Below are positions 27,782-39,600 of a DNA stretch of 64,000 nt, piece after piece (positions within the stretch are counted from its first letter, which is position 1; every line of letters begins with the position of its first letter). The notes under the pieces were generated by a model, which worked only from the letters and a program-made list of their open reading frames with translations, had not been told where the DNA came from and did not search any database. The translations under genes were made by a program, and so were the position numbers. The stretch spans positions 96,001 through 160,000 of the forward strand of contig CBFHTA010000002.1 of the NCBI GenBank assembly GCA_965658655.1. The letters are read 5' to 3'. The DNA comes from Candidatus Babelota bacterium. Lineage in GTDB: Bacteria; Babelota; Babeliae; Babelales; CAIQNR01.

Positions 27782-30733
27782 TTAGTTAATAGTACGCTCA
27801 ACAACTTTTTTACAACGAGCACAAAGACCGTCTTCATCGCCTGAAGCTTCCCATTTCCAGCAACGTGGACATTTTGACCCCGACGCATGTTCAGCTTTAA
27901 CTTTAAGACCTGATTCTGATTGTACGCAATCCGCAAACTCTTCAAAAGAATCTTCATCTAGATCTTCGTCTAAGTCTTCAATGTCTTCGTAGTCAACAAT
28001 CTGACAATCAGAGGTAATAAAAAATTCTTTTAAAAACTCGTGCTTTGACTGCCCGGTTTTCTCAACTTCATCCAATATCTCCTTTAGCAAGCTCATATCG
28101 TCTTTTTTTGTGTTCATGACAATTGTCACCTTCGCTTCTAAAGAATGCTTAACAATCCCTTGTCGCCGCAATTTCTCTATCGCCTTAAGTACTGACGAAC
28201 GTAAACTGCGCAACGCTTCCCACTGTTTTTCTTTTTTCTTGGCATACAGAATACCTTCTGCTTGACCACCCGTTTCAGTCATCTGAGGGATTCCTGCATC
28301 CGGTTTACCCTCTTTTGCTTGGTGCTCCCAAACAAATGGCACATCCCTGAAATCCTGCAGGTGAATCGACTCTTTTTTATCTGTTTGATAATGATCAGAA
28401 ATCTGCTCAGCCGTAATCGACATTATAGGTGCAATAAGCTTAGTTAATACATCCAAGATATGCCAGCAAACAGTCTGCGCAGAGCGCCTATCAACCCCAT
28501 CTGAAAGATCAGTATAAAGGCGATCTTTGATGATGTCCAGATAAAAAGAACTGAGTTCAACGGTGCAATAATCAGTTAAAGCGTGGAATACAGCCGTAAT
28601 ATTTTTCTCTTGATAGGCTTTGCGTATTTTTCGACTAAATAAGGCTAACTCATGAAGAGCATAACGATCGATCATCCGCATGCTTTTAAGCTCAACAGCA
28701 TCTTTTTTGATATCAAAATCATAGAGATTAGAAAGTAAAAATCGAGCGGTATTTCTCACCTTACGATTAACCTCAGCAACATTATCGGTCAACATCTCCG
28801 AAGTTGCAATATCACCTTCTACATCAATAGAAGAGGCCCAGAGACGTAATCCATCAATCCCTATTTTTTGAGTAAATTCATCAGGCGATATAACATTACC
28901 CAACGATTTAGACATTTTACGCCCTTTAGAATCCACAGTATACCCATGGGTCGCAATAGACTTCATAGCTGGCTCAGCGTCTAACATTAAGCTTGTAAGG
29001 AGGGAACTTTGGAACCATCCTCGATGCTGATCAACACCTTCAAGATAAAGGTCTGCCGGATACTGCTGCCCACGGTTCTTAAGAACTGTAGCATGCGTTA
29101 CCCCTGAATCGAACCATACATCAAGAATATCTTGCTCTTTTTTGAACTCTGTGCCCTGACATTCTGTACATTTTGTACCTACAGGAACTACCTTTTTAAC
29201 ATCAACATCAGCCCAATACTCAACACCCTCTTTTTCAATACCTTGAGCAACTGATTTTATTATTTCAGGTGAAGTATGCTCTTTGTCACACTCATTACAA
29301 ATCACTGCCACAATGGGAGTTCCCCATACTCGCTGCCGAGACAAACACCACTCATATCTGTTTTCAACAGTAGATTTTAAATGGTTACGTGTTGATTTAG
29401 GTAAAAACTGAATTGATTCAATCTCTTTGAGCGCACGCTTTTGCAAATCTTTATGGCTTAATTCACAGAACCACTGCTTGGTTGCTCTGAACATAAGTCC
29501 GTTTTTACAACGCCAGCAATGTGGATAGGGATGCTTAATAGATGTTTTAAATAAAAGTTTATCTTTTTCAATAAGCTTTTTAAGAACCCAACCAAGAGCA
29601 TCTTTAGTTGTCATACCTTCTAACTCTACCGGTTTAATGCCTTGGGTGTATTTACCGTCTGAACTAAGAGGAGAGAAAATTTCAAGACCGTACCGCACAC
29701 CCATCTCATAATCTTCTGGACCGCACCCAGGCGCACTATGCACTACAGCTGTACCATCTTCTAACCCTACAAAGTTGTCCGCTAGAATTGGAGTCTGTTG
29801 CCCTTCAATAAAGGGATGCTCTGCCGTTGTACCCACCAAATCTTCTGCTTTGCAGGTTGCTAGCACTTTTTTATCTACTTCCATCTTAGCACAAAGCTTA
29901 TCAGCCAATTTTGCACCAACAACGATTTGCTTGTCTTTAATCTCTAAAAGTTCGTAGTCTGCTTGAGGCTTTAGAAATAAAGCACGATTTAAAGGGATAG
30001 TCCATGGAGTAGTGGTCCACATTAACATGCTTACCGGCCTGTCTGTATTAAAAACTTTTTTAGCAGCTACTGGGTCTAATTTAAATTCTACAAACACCGA
30101 TGGATCTTTACGATCTTGATATTCAATTTCTGCAGATGCAAGTACTGTTTGGCACGATGAACACCACGGCACTGTTTTATTTTTACGAGAAATGTAACCA
30201 CCACCAACACAATCTGCAAAAGCACGAACAGTATTTGCTTCTTGTTTATAATCCATAGTTAAATACGGATTATCCCAATCCATAACCACGCCTAGATCTT
30301 TAAATTGTTCTTTTTGAATGTCAATCCAGTGGTGAGCGCTTTCTCTACATTTTTTACGTAATTCTTGAGAATTAGCTTCTGGGTTTTCTCTTGAAACTTT
30401 TAACTCAATAGGCAACCCATGGCAATCCCAACCTGGAGTAATGGGTACATGTTTACCGCTCATACGCTCTGATTTTGCAATAATATCTTTTAAAATTTTA
30501 TTGTAAGCATGCCCTAAATGAATGTTACCATTGGCATACGGAGGTCCGTCATGGAGCATGTAACCAGATTTGCCTTTATTTTTTTCAGCCGCCTTGGCAT
30601 AAATGTTTTCCTGCTTCCATCGATTAATAATTTTAGGATCTTCAACTTTTGCATTTCCACGAATAGGAAATTCGGTTGTTGGAAGATTAAGCGTGTCTTT
30701 AAAGCTTTTTTTGGCTTTTTCATCTTGAGCCAT
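27782..30733 (-). CDS. ileS: Isoleucine--tRNA ligase
   Basis: HDGPPYANG, HLGH, GWDCHGLPIE, WTTTPWT, KMSKS, C-terminal CPRCW zinc finger; start at MAQDEK after AAGGA. Confidence 0.98.
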   Translation of the reverse strand: MAQDEKAKKSFKDTLNLPTTEFPIRGNAKVEDPKIINRWKQENIYAKAAEKNKGKSGYMLHDGPPYANGNIHLGHAYNKILKDIIAKSERMSGKHVPITPGWDCHGLPIELKVSRENPEANSQELRKKCRESAHHWIDIQKEQFKDLGVVMDWDNPYLTMDYKQEANTVRAFADCVGGGYISRKNKTVPWCSSCQTVLASAEIEYQDRKDPSVFVEFKLDPVAAKKVFNTDRPVSMLMWTTTPWTIPLNRALFLKPQADYELLEIKDKQIVVGAKLADKLCAKMEVDKKVLATCKAEDLVGTTAEHPFIEGQQTPILADNFVGLEDGTAVVHSAPGCGPEDYEMGVRYGLEIFSPLSSDGKYTQGIKPVELEGMTTKDALGWVLKKLIEKDKLLFKTSIKHPYPHCWRCKNGLMFRATKQWFCELSHKDLQKRALKEIESIQFLPKSTRNHLKSTVENRYEWCLSRQRVWGTPIVAVICNECDKEHTSPEIIKSVAQGIEKEGVEYWADVDVKKVVPVGTKCTECQGTEFKKEQDILDVWFDSGVTHATVLKNRGQQYPADLYLEGVDQHRGWFQSSLLTSLMLDAEPAMKSIATHGYTVDSKGRKMSKSLGNVISPDEFTQKIGIDGLRLWASSIDVEGDIATSEMLTDNVAEVNRKVRNTARFLLSNLYDFDIKKDAVELKSMRMIDRYALHELALFSRKIRKAYQEKNITAVFHALTDYCTVELSSFYLDIIKDRLYTDLSDGVDRRSAQTVCWHILDVLTKLIAPIMSITAEQISDHYQTDKKESIHLQDFRDVPFVWEHQAKEGKPDAGIPQMTETGGQAEGILYAKKKEKQWEALRSLRSSVLKAIEKLRRQGIVKHSLEAKVTIVMNTKKDDMSLLKEILDEVEKTGQSKHEFLKEFFITSDCQIVDYEDIEDLDEDLDEDSFEEFADCVQSESGLKVKAEHASGSKCPRCWKWEASGDEDGLCARCKKVVERTIN

Positions 30734-30824
30734 AGCCGGATCCTTAAAATTAAATATTAATCGATATTCACTACTCAATAAGCTTACAGTATACTCTTTT
30801 TGCACATTTTCTCAATTTAAACCC

Positions 30825-32102
30825 ATGAAAGAAGCCATGAGACAAGCATTTAAAGGTAAAAAATTTGGCATTTGGGGATTTGGCAAAACTGGCCAAAGCA
30901 CCCTTAGCTTTCTGAGCTCTCAAGGTGCAGAGTGTTTAATTATGGACAATAAACCTTTGGACGCATTTCAAGAAGAACTTATTAAAAGTCATAATGCTCA
31001 AGCGATAGGAGCAGAGTATTTACCCCAATTCATAGAAATGAACGACTTTATAATGCCAAGCCAAGGAATAGACCTACACCCCTACCTAGAACATCCCGAT
31101 GCACAAAAATTTATTTCTGAAGTAGATCTATTTCAACAATTTGTAAAAATACCTGTTATTGCAATAACAGGATCTGCAGGAAAAACTACAACAGTTACAG
31201 TCCTTACTCAACTGTTGAATCTATTTGGAAAACGAGCAATTGCCGGGGGTAACATTGGCAAACCTATGCTCGATGTTCTAGCTGAACAAGATCAATACGA
31301 CTACATTGTGTTAGAAGTTTCGAGCACACAACTTGAACACTCCAAACAATTTGCACCTCACATTGCTGCTATTTTAAATATCTTCCCTAACCATTTGGAT
31401 CGCCATATTGACATGCCTGCGTATCTTGAAGCCAAAGGGAAATTATTAAAATATCAAACCGAAGATCAAATAGCTTTTCTGCCGATGGATTTCATGGATA
31501 TCTTTTGGCAACTAGTTGGGCAACAAAAAGTTACGTGGATTGGCAACGACAATTATGCTAACATAACAAAAAAATTATACGACGTTACTCCAGAAAAAAA
31601 TTGGCAGATTATTTTATCTATCTTGGAGCACCTTGGATTTGAACCCGAAAAAGCTCTCTCTTTTAAAGAAAAATTTAAAGTACCACCCCATCGAATTGAA
31701 TTTGTTGGCACACACAACGGTGCTGACTTTTACAATGACTCTAAGTCAACTCTACCAGAAGCAACTTTACAAGCTTTAAAACAATTCACAGATAAAGAGA
31801 TTATTTTGTTTTTAGGTGGACTGAGCAAAGGTGTTGATCGCTCTGAATTAATCAATCTGCTTCCACTCAACATTAAGCATGTGATCTGCTTTGGCAAAGA
31901 AGCAGAGCAACTTCATGCATGGTGCCAAGAGAAAACAATACCAAGCTCTGTACATGCCACACTAGAAGATGGTTTTAAACAAGCACTAAACAATACAAAA
32001 CCAAACGATGTTGTATTGTTTTCGCCATCTGGATCTAGCTTTGATTTATTTAAAAACTACGAAGAGCGTGGTAAAAAATTTAAGATTTTAGTAGGACTAT
32101 AG
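30825..32102 (+). CDS. murD: UDP-N-acetylmuramoyl-L-alanine--D-glutamate ligase
   Basis: GFGKTG, AITGSAGKTTT, GGNIG, NHLDRH, NDSKST, SFDLFKNYEERG. Confidence 0.93.
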   Translation: MKEAMRQAFKGKKFGIWGFGKTGQSTLSFLSSQGAECLIMDNKPLDAFQEELIKSHNAQAIGAEYLPQFIEMNDFIMPSQGIDLHPYLEHPDAQKFISEVDLFQQFVKIPVIAITGSAGKTTTVTVLTQLLNLFGKRAIAGGNIGKPMLDVLAEQDQYDYIVLEVSSTQLEHSKQFAPHIAAILNIFPNHLDRHIDMPAYLEAKGKLLKYQTEDQIAFLPMDFMDIFWQLVGQQKVTWIGNDNYANITKKLYDVTPEKNWQIILSILEHLGFEPEKALSFKEKFKVPPHRIEFVGTHNGADFYNDSKSTLPEATLQALKQFTDKEIILFLGGLSKGVDRSELINLLPLNIKHVICFGKEAEQLHAWCQEKTIPSSVHATLEDGFKQALNNTKPNDVVLFSPSGSSFDLFKNYEERGKKFKILVGL

Positions 32103-32125
32103 GTACACACTATTAAGGAGAGAGT

Positions 32126-33232
32126 ATGTTTACCACCCGTTCGCAAGTTAAAAGTGACCTCAACACACTTATTGGAATTGTCACTACACTTATTGTTATT
32201 GGCCTTTTATTCATCTACTCATCAAGCTCTGTCTTTGCCCTGGAACAAACCGGATTGTCTCATTACTACCTTAAGAAACAAACAATTGGGTTAGGCGTTG
32301 GTCTTTTTGGATTTATAGTCGCACGATTTATCTCACTTCGCTTTGTAGAAGCAATGACTCCTCTTTTCTTCTGGGGATCATGGATATTGACGGCATGCAC
32401 TATGTTTCCACAATTTACGCATACCATTCATGGGTCGAGTCGTTGGTTAGCATTTGGGGGTTTTTCTTTCCAGCCAAGCGAGATCTTAAAAGTTGCCTTT
32501 ATTTTGTATGTTGCAAAATTTTTAGCAAAGAAAGAAAAAAAGAAATTCACCTTTACCGGCTCCTACCTACCTTTCTTGGTATTACTCAGCTTAGTAAGTG
32601 TTGTACTATTGCGCCAACCCGACTTTGGATTAACAGTTACCCTTGCTATGACTTCTTTAACTATGCTTTTTATAGCACACCTTCCATTAACTCACTTGTT
32701 AGCAACATTGCTTACATGTGTTCCAATGATAGCACTTTTAATCTACACGCAACCGTATCGACTCAAACGAATCATGACCTTTTTAAATCCTTGGAAAGAC
32801 CCTCAGGGTGCAGGGTTCCAAATAATACAATCGTTAATTGCAATTGGCTCTGGTAATTGGTGGGGAAGCGGCATCTCTCACTCAAAACAAAAATTCTTTT
32901 ATCTCCCTATGCAGCATACTGATTTTATTTTTTCTATTATTGCCGAAGAAACTGGATTCATAGGTTCATGCATTATTTTAATGTTGTATGTACTATTCTT
33001 ATATTTTGGCATGAAGCTTGCTTGGCAATTAAAAAAAAGTTTTTCTATTTATGCATCATTAGGCCTTGTTATTTTATTAAGTTTACAAGCGCTGATAAAC
33101 ATTTTTGTAGCAACCGGACTATTACCTACAAAAGGAATAGGACTACCCTTTGTAAGTTATGGAAATTCATCACTTGTATGTTCACTTGGAATGATCGGCT
33201 TGATTGCAAATATGGTTGACGATTCAATTTAG
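32126..33232 (+). CDS. ftsW: SEDS peptidoglycan glycosyltransferase FtsW
   Basis: GSSRW, FQPSE, QPDFG, HTDFIFS, LPTKGIGLPFVSYG. Confidence 0.95.
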   Translation: MFTTRSQVKSDLNTLIGIVTTLIVIGLLFIYSSSSVFALEQTGLSHYYLKKQTIGLGVGLFGFIVARFISLRFVEAMTPLFFWGSWILTACTMFPQFTHTIHGSSRWLAFGGFSFQPSEILKVAFILYVAKFLAKKEKKKFTFTGSYLPFLVLLSLVSVVLLRQPDFGLTVTLAMTSLTMLFIAHLPLTHLLATLLTCVPMIALLIYTQPYRLKRIMTFLNPWKDPQGAGFQIIQSLIAIGSGNWWGSGISHSKQKFFYLPMQHTDFIFSIIAEETGFIGSCIILMLYVLFLYFGMKLAWQLKKSFSIYASLGLVILLSLQALINIFVATGLLPTKGIGLPFVSYGNSSLVCSLGMIGLIANMVDDSI

Positions 33233-33470
33233 TAGGCTTGAGAAAGCAGATGAAAAGAAAAAATTTACCTGAACTTTAAAAATAAAAAAGAGCTGAAAGA
33301 ACCTAATTTTAGAAACAAACAAGGCCAATATAACCTCACCGAATAACTAAGGCTCAATTTCTCTAACATGATTCATCGGTATAGAGAAAAAAATAGAAAA
33401 TGACTGCAAAAGTTTTTTATTTTTTGTAGACTGCATCCCTGTGATTAATACAACCCAAAAGGAAATTGAA

Positions 33471-33803
33471 ATGAAGAAATGTATACTTTTCCTGTTGCTC
33501 TTAGGAGTCACTAACACCAGACCTTTTTCTATATCTATCACCGATACTGCCTATTGGTTTGGTACAATTGCCGCCATACATTGGGTATGTAAAAGAATTG
33601 AAAGAATAGAAACACTGCAAGAAGCACAAATAAAAGCTCACAACAAAAAGCTTCCTATAAAAAATAATGATGATCAGATTCCGATTCCGCAACGCCCTAC
33701 ATTGATGGGATCTGCACAAGAACTTGCTACTTTGGGTAGATGCGCGGTAAGCAGAACAGTACATACTGCAAACGGACTCCATACACTTTCTAACACTCTA
33801 TAA
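33471..33803 (+). CDS. Small exported/membrane hypothetical protein (paralog A)
   Basis: AAGGA RBS, MKKCILFLLLLG leader; motif shared with the next gene. Confidence 0.65.
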   Translation: MKKCILFLLLLGVTNTRPFSISITDTAYWFGTIAAIHWVCKRIERIETLQEAQIKAHNKKLPIKNNDDQIPIPQRPTLMGSAQELATLGRCAVSRTVHTANGLHTLSNTL

Positions 33804-33842
33804 AGCTAAAATTTTATTTACTCATTTTGATAAGGTTTTACC

Positions 33843-34247
33843 ATGATCAAACCATCATTCATTCTCACACTTCTTTTACTAGTAGCTTTTGTACCAATCA
33901 GAACAGGAATAATTTGGAGAACCGGAAGTACAATAGCTTTAGTTCTAGGAGCAAACTGGATGCATTTACGTGTTCAAAGGACTGAAAAAATACAAGAAGC
34001 TGTATACGCTCACATTACAGGAAAATCTATAAAGGCTACTCAAGAAGACTTCCCTCCTGTCAGCCTCGTAGAATCTTCTAGAGAATTCACAAATAACATA
34101 AGACAATACGTGCCTGTAGAAGCTATAACAACAGGTTTAAAAAAGATCGCTGAAGATACAGACAGAAAAGAAATCGATCTTAAAAACTCTTTAAGTAAAA
34201 TTATTGATCCATCAGGATCATCTAAAAACAATAAAAAAGAATCCTAA
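33843..34247 (+). CDS. Small exported/membrane hypothetical protein (paralog B)
   Basis: Hydrophobic leader; WMHLRVQRTEKIQEA vs WVCKRIERIETLQEA in paralog A. Confidence 0.65.
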   Translation: MIKPSFILTLLLLVAFVPIRTGIIWRTGSTIALVLGANWMHLRVQRTEKIQEAVYAHITGKSIKATQEDFPPVSLVESSREFTNNIRQYVPVEAITTGLKKIAEDTDRKEIDLKNSLSKIIDPSGSSKNNKKES

Positions 34248-34999
34248 TTTGAATACTGCAGCCTCATATTCTGCAAGAATGCTTGTTTCTCAAGGGCTTT
34301 TTTAAATTCTTCTGTTAAAACACCTTTTTCTTTCAACTCATTTAAACATGTTTCTTTTGAATATTCCGGTTGACCATCTTCTTTTAAGGTAACCGTAGCA
34401 GGATTGTTTAAAAGCGCTCCCATCTGAACTAAATATTGTATTGAAATGGGAAGAGTATGATATGCACTACCATAATCAGGCTCTTCTCCTTTCCCCTCTA
34501 TACAACATAAAATGTGCTTGTATAGTTTTTGTCTTGAATCTAAGCAAGAAATCTCTATATACCTATTAGGAGAGATTTTTTCATCATCTATAAGATTAAC
34601 AAGCATTCCATGATTAACTACCCACGCTTTTTTTGTCGGATTCTTAGAAATATAATCGTTTTCTTCCAAAAATGTTGGTCTATATACTACTGCTGTACGT
34701 TTAAAGAGGTCTTCTATTAAAGGTTTTTCCCCTCGCTCAGTGCTTACTTTAGGATCTTCTTCTAGCTGCGGATCTATATCTATTGAACCGTAGCTCCGCC
34801 CTCCTTTTATTAAGTCCTCTTCATCATTTCTCTGATATTTTTCATTGCAAGAGGTACGCTGTACTAAAGGTATCTCGTTACACTTTTGTTTCAAACGAAA
34901 ACAAGATAAAAAAACATACAAACAATCAGCTGAAGAAACAGAAAGAGGAAAAAAACTCAAAGTGAATAAATTTAAAAAAAGAAAAATACGCTTACCCAT
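34244..34999 (-). CDS. Secreted hypothetical protein
   Basis: Signal-like leader, 251-aa ORF, GGTGGGG RBS. Confidence 0.7.
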   Translation of the reverse strand: MGKRIFLFLNLFTLSFFPLSVSSADCLYVFLSCFRLKQKCNEIPLVQRTSCNEKYQRNDEEDLIKGGRSYGSIDIDPQLEEDPKVSTERGEKPLIEDLFKRTAVVYRPTFLEENDYISKNPTKKAWVVNHGMLVNLIDDEKISPNRYIEISCLDSRQKLYKHILCCIEGKGEEPDYGSAYHTLPISIQYLVQMGALLNNPATVTLKEDGQPEYSKETCLNELKEKGVLTEEFKKALEKQAFLQNMRLQYSN

Positions 35000-35009
35000 A
35001 TCCCCACCT

Positions 35010-35037
35010 AAAAGAGAAAGGCGGATTTCTCCGCCTT
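35010..35037 (-). terminator. Intrinsic terminator after pepA
   Basis: Perfect 8-bp stem AAGGCGGA/TCCGCCTT followed by TCTCTTTT on the minus strand. Confidence 0.65.
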
Positions 35038-35042
35038 AGTAA

Positions 35043-36557
35043 TTATTTCCAGTTTAAAACAAAATCAATTAACAAGCGCGTACCAACACCAGTTGCCATA
35101 CCCGCTTTATAATAAGGAAGACCCGGAACATCAAAAGCCGATGGAGCAATGTCAAGATGTGCCCAAGGAGTTTTTTCACTTACAAAATGGCTCAAAAACA
35201 TTGCGCCGTTTGTGGCACTTGCATAGTACTTCCTATTGCCGTTATTGTTAATATCCGCAACATCACCTTTCACCATTACTCTATAATCGTCTACAAATGG
35301 TAATCTCCATAAAGAATCACCTGTTTTTTTGCCAGATGCATTAAGCTTATCTGCTAGCTTTTCATCATCTGTTAGCAAACCACTAAAAAATGGTCCAACT
35401 GCATACGCACACCCACCAGTTAAGGTTGCAATGTCTACAATTACTGCTGGTTTAAAATGCTTATCTGCATACGCAAGCGCATCTGCAAGCACCAATCGCC
35501 CTTCTGCATCTGTGTTTCCAACTACCGCAGTCTTGCCATTGTAAAACGTAATAATATCACCTGGGTGATTCGCTCGACCACTCACCATGTTTTCTGCAAG
35601 AGGTGCAAGTGCAACAACATTTACGTTTGGTTTAAACTGAGCAATCGCAGCAAGCGCATTCAAAACTGCCGCTGCTCCGGACATATCTTCTTTCATAGTT
35701 TCAACATGACCAGTTGGCTTTAAGTTAATACCACCAGAATCAAATGTGATACCTTTACCAACTAATGCAATTGTAGGTGCAGATTTTTTCTTACAAGTAT
35801 ATTGCATAATCACCATCTGAGCGTCGTGATCAGAACCCATACCTACTGCTTTTAAACCACCCATACCAAGTTTCTCTGCTTTTTTTTCATCAAAAACAGT
35901 AATTTCTAAATCGTGTTTTTTAGCAAGTTCTTTTGCTCTTTTAACTACATCTAAAGGAGAAAGTTTATTTGCGGGAAGGTCTACCCAATGGCGTGCATTA
36001 TTAACTGCTTTACCAATAATCTCACCATCTTTAACACCAGCTTGCACTTTTTTAAGATCTTTTTTAGGTACTACAAATACAAATTTTTGCACACGTGCAA
36101 TACGCCCTTCTTTACCCACAAATTCATCGAACGTATAGTCTGCCATTAACCCTATAGAAGCTGTCTGTTGTGCGATAAATTCTGCATCAAATCCAAAATC
36201 ACTTTTTGAAGTAGGAATTTCTACCGCAAGTGATGTTATTTTTTGTCCTTCTGCAATACGCACTGCCTGAGCAACAACTCGGCGATAATCTTCTAACGCA
36301 TATACTTTGTCTTTCTTACCCAAACCAATAAAAATAAGATGTTTAATCTTTTTCTTTTGAGTAATAGGAAGCACGAATGACTGTCCTTTCTTGCCAGTAA
36401 AATCACGGTTTTTCATAAACGCTTTAAGTTCAGGAAAATACGCTTTTGCTACTTTGCCGCACATTTTGTCGAAAGAAAACCCTTCAGAAACAAAGTATAC
36501 AAAACCTTCTACACTGTGCTCTAAAAGAGACTTATCACTAACGCTATAGGTAATCAT
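35043..36557 (-). CDS. pepA: Leucyl aminopeptidase (M17)
   Basis: VGKGITFDSGG, MKEDMSG, NTDAEGRLVLAD, DIATLTG, WAHLDIA. Confidence 0.97.
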   Translation of the reverse strand: MITYSVSDKSLLEHSVEGFVYFVSEGFSFDKMCGKVAKAYFPELKAFMKNRDFTGKKGQSFVLPITQKKKIKHLIFIGLGKKDKVYALEDYRRVVAQAVRIAEGQKITSLAVEIPTSKSDFGFDAEFIAQQTASIGLMADYTFDEFVGKEGRIARVQKFVFVVPKKDLKKVQAGVKDGEIIGKAVNNARHWVDLPANKLSPLDVVKRAKELAKKHDLEITVFDEKKAEKLGMGGLKAVGMGSDHDAQMVIMQYTCKKKSAPTIALVGKGITFDSGGINLKPTGHVETMKEDMSGAAAVLNALAAIAQFKPNVNVVALAPLAENMVSGRANHPGDIITFYNGKTAVVGNTDAEGRLVLADALAYADKHFKPAVIVDIATLTGGCAYAVGPFFSGLLTDDEKLADKLNASGKKTGDSLWRLPFVDDYRVMVKGDVADINNNGNRKYYASATNGAMFLSHFVSEKTPWAHLDIAPSAFDVPGLPYYKAGMATGVGTRLLIDFVLNWK

Positions 36558-36627
36558 ACAATCCACCTTTGCAAAAAATATTAAAAACTATTTAATGCTT
36601 TAAGGTAGCATGTTTACTATTTCAAGT

Positions 36628-36655
36628 AAAAGTGGGTGCTCGAATGAACACCCAC
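36628..36655 (-). terminator. Intrinsic terminator after the giant ORF
   Basis: GTGGGTG...CACCCAC stem followed by TTTT on the minus strand. Confidence 0.7.
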
Positions 36656-36678
36656 AAAAGTCTTTATTTACGGTTTTT

Positions 36679-39600
36679 TTATACAACCCTTGATTGAGTA
36701 AAGAATGTATTAATAAAAGTCAAAACTCTGTTTTTTAAATCCGATACCGCAAGATGCAAGGGTTGCTCGGGCATTTGAAACCAAGTAAATCGTGTGGAAC
36801 GTGAAGGTGGTTCTGGTGCTGGACGAGAAGCTCTTGGTGCAGGTTGCTGCTGTTGAAAATCTGTTTGCTCTTGACCTGTAGTCCTAACCGCTGTTGAACG
36901 AGAAGGTGGTGCTGGTGGTCCCTGGTAAGAAGTTCCTCTTGAACCTGAATCTTGTTGCGGAAGTTTTTGACCTCTTGAGACCATAGGTCGATTTTCTGAA
37001 CCCGAAGATTGCTGCGCTTCTCTATATTGTTGCCCTTCTGAAACTGGAGCTCTAGGCGGTGCTTTTGGAGGAGATTTTTTGCCAGCTATCGCACTTTGTA
37101 CTTCACTGTCTAAATTACCTTGAGAAATCAATTTAAGACTTCCCGGCTGGACCTGAGCATTTGAAAATTGTTGTCTAATTAAACTCAAACCTTGTCCTCC
37201 TACAGAGTATCCATTAGGATAAAGATAATCTGAATTACCTTTTTTCACCTCGTAGATAGCACCGTTAGAATAATCTACATAGGTACCAACCCCAAACGTA
37301 AGCACAGCATTATTGAACATTTCAATTGCACTCATAGTATTCCCTTTACCGGCGTTGTAACGTGTTTTATCATTTTGATAGTACTCTTCTATTGTTGCCA
37401 ATGGCGGAATACGATACATAACGGTTGGCGTTGGTTTACTAAATCCAACAAGATAACTGCCAATAGAGTTCTTTGGAACTTGTATAGTCATTTTGCTATT
37501 TCTATCAACTTCTTGCACAAGCTGTATGTTTCCTTCTGCATTTGAAATTACATTTACACCATCTTTATACTTTGCAAGATCCTTCTTAGATGCATACGAA
37601 TAACCAAATCCGTAAATTGCTTGGACTTGTTGATTCCCGAGAGCAACGTAAGAACTTTGAACCGCTACTCCAGAACGTGATTTTTGACCCGTTACAGAAT
37701 AGTCAGTAACTAAACCTGGAATACTTATTCCACCAGGCGCTTGATACTGTGCCATTTGCCCAGGACGTGGTAAACCGCCTTGATTTATAAAATAAAGTTT
37801 TGTGTTAGAAGAAGGAGAAACAGGATTTATAGTTGGAACAAACGCAAGCATCGACTCTTCTTTATTTTCAAGAATGCCACAAAGAGTAGATCCAAAAACT
37901 GGAGTACCTTGTGGGATACCTTTTATTCCTTCTCTATTACCCATACCCATACCAACAAATGGTCTTCCATATACTGTTGCTCGAGCAACCATATTATTTT
38001 GAGCCAGAGGGTATTTAAATCCTTGTATGCCACCTTCTATATAACGCTGACTACCAAATTGATACTGACGAGGCTTATCTCCAGCTGCAGATGTCAATGT
38101 AATTGCATCGTATGCCATACCACTTGCAGAAAGCTTATATTCAATCTCATAAAGTGCCCAACCACGTTGAGAAGCAGCCTCTACAGCAGAAACAAATGCA
38201 ACCTCTGCTTTTTGTTGCTCTGTCATACCTTGAGTATCAAACCCTTTTGGCAAATTGAGTTCTTGCATTTTGCCCTCTTGTGAACCTGGTGCAATTATTT
38301 TTTGCACAGGAATAATTTCTTGACTAGCACCCTCTCCTTTTGTTTCATACCCAATATACATTGTTTGTTTTTGAGCATTTTGAAATCGATATATACTGGT
38401 AAATGGTACATACATGTACTGCGTATAACCTTGCCCAGTATTAGCCAAAGCATTAAGATTTTGCCCTTGCCCAGAACTGTTATTTGCCTCACCCCATACA
38501 AAGATAGGCATTTCAACATCAACAACTTCTTGCTTATTTTCCCCTTGAACAATAGGGTACGCAACAACGGTAGGAATCATACGTGGCTGGCCGTTTACAT
38601 AATATTCATCACCACTCATAAGATCTACAAAGTAACCAATATTTGCAATATCTTTGCCATCTTCAGAACCACCACCATATAAGGTTCCTGTCATATCTTG
38701 TACTAATACATAGTATGCTTGAGTAAGACGATGATAATAGTAATAATACTTTTCACCTTTTTCGCGGTTAATAGCCGGAGCAACATTTTTGGCAAGCTTC
38801 ATATAATAACCATCTTGGCCAAAACCTGGAATCAAAGTTTTTTCTCCGGGAGCAAGTGGCAAAGGAACATTTGTTACCGGAATGGTAAGAGATTGTTCTC
38901 CGTTAGGCTCAACCACAACACCATGGGCCGCACGCATAGCTTCAAGCTCAAATCCTTTCATAGCAGATGTTGGCACAAGATTCTCTGCTTTAGGATTAGT
39001 TGGAACAGCGTAATAAACACCCACATTACTGTCGCCGGCTTCTGAGGTAGCGTTGAAATCAAAGAATGTATAAAGTGTTGGCATTCTTCCATTTTCATCT
39101 TTATCAGAGAGAACCGTTTTTGCTTTTAAGAAATACTTACCACCAACTTGTATAAGATTAGAACTTGGAACAGCCGGGTTATTAAGAGTTGGCTCTGTTA
39201 CTGTTCGTGCTTTTTCCATTACTGCTATTGGAATAATAGGAGCTGTATCTATAAGTGATCGTGGATCTTCAAGCGAAGATACCTCATTAATATATTGAGT
39301 ATTAAGCTCGATAATCCTTTGTGCAAGATCTACATTAATTTGTACTTTATTCTGCGTTTGCACAAGTTCCATTGCTCTTCTTGGTACACTTTGCTCTCTA
39401 CCTACACCAGTTTTTTCATACATTTTGCCTAAATAATTTTGCTTACTTTGACCATTTTCTAAATACAACGTACCGGTAACCAAACTCAACATAGCCTTTG
39501 TATATGGAGTTACGGCCTTACCACCAGTAGAAGCACTATTTGGCATATCGGTAACCACTAGATAGTCATGTGCCGAATCATACGATTGACCTTCTGGAGT

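Noticed and set aside
30734..30805. N-terminal extension of IleS in the ORF track
   Set aside because: RBS and homology favour the ATG at 30733; the extension covers the divergent promoter region
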